A stretch of DNA of 63,464 bases, the filler included, from Octopus bimaculoides (taxonomy: Eukaryota), in NCBI RefSeq assembly GCF_001194135.2. It is 5 parts of 5 records of this genome, joined end to end, with 100 filler letters (N's around TTAATTAATTAA, not from the genome) between each part and the next. Parts side by side here need not be neighbours in the genome. Positions count along the whole stretch, not along the records: positions 45,917 to 63,464 come from NC_068989.1; 4 more parts are not named here. The stretch is one strand, 5' to 3'. The translations under genes and the position numbers were made by a program. How positions within the stretch are numbered: the first letter of the stretch is position 1; each line of letters opens with the position of its first letter. Below the pieces are notes generated by a model. That model was not told the origin of the DNA. It worked only from the letters and a program-made list of their open reading frames with translations, and searched no databases. Positions 63,095 through 63,464 of this stretch are shown here, one piece after another.

Positions 63095-63464
63095 TCGTCG
63101 TCGTCGTCGTTTAACGTCCGCTTTCCATGCTAGCATGGGTTGGACGATTTGACTGAGGACTGGTGAAACCAGATAGCTCCAATCTGATTTGGCAGAGTTT
63201 CTACAGCTGGATGCCCTTCCTAACGCCAACCACTCAGAGAGTGTAGTGGGTGCTTTTACGTGTCACCCGCACGAAGGCCAGTCAGGCGGCACTGGCAACG
63301 GCCATGCTCTAAATGGTGCATTTCATGTGCCACCCGCACAAGAGCCAGTCCAAGGGCACTGGCAACGATCTCGCTCGAAAATCCCACAAAGTCCAGCCAG
63401 GCGGCACTGGCAACGGTCACTCTCAAATGGTGCATTTCATGTGTCACCCACACAAGAGCCAGTC
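63095..63464 (-). mobile_element. SINE family D with expanded internal tandem repeats, runs off the window
   Basis: (GAC/GAT)n tail at ~63095-63110; repeated tggtgcatttcatgtg(c/t)caccc(g/a)cacaagagccagtc units. Confidence 0.85.

Overview
AT-rich, gap-rich eukaryotic scaffold, most likely an octopus/cephalopod genome (inferred from the SINE/LINE repertoire and microsatellite density, not from a search). It is dominated by mobile DNA. The largest element is a full-length but dead Ty3/Gypsy LTR retrotransposon of the CsRn1 type (52828-59004; TG..CA ends, CTAT target duplication, tRNA-Trp PBS, gag/-1 frameshift/PR-RT-RH-IN). There is also a near-complete degenerate RTE LINE whose ORF2 carries a PHD-type finger (48.6-51.3 kb), other RTE/CR1 fragments, four Dong/R4 LINE 3' ends, two Naiad-type Penelope relics, mariner/Tc1/hAT fragments, several MITEs and dozens of SINE copies from about four families. 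The only host coding sequence I can identify with confidence is one minus-strand exon encoding the second half of a MIB/HERC2 domain (61279-61423); several other exon candidates are weak. At large scale the window alternates between CpG-rich and CpG-depleted blocks. The Gypsy element sits in a depleted block and was inactivated mainly by CpG->TpG changes, including one at its frameshift site. No rRNA, bona fide tRNA gene or CRISPR array is evident. Most long ORFs in the supplied track are artefacts of N-gaps or microsatellites. Repeat boundaries are approximate unless TSD/TIR positions are quoted.
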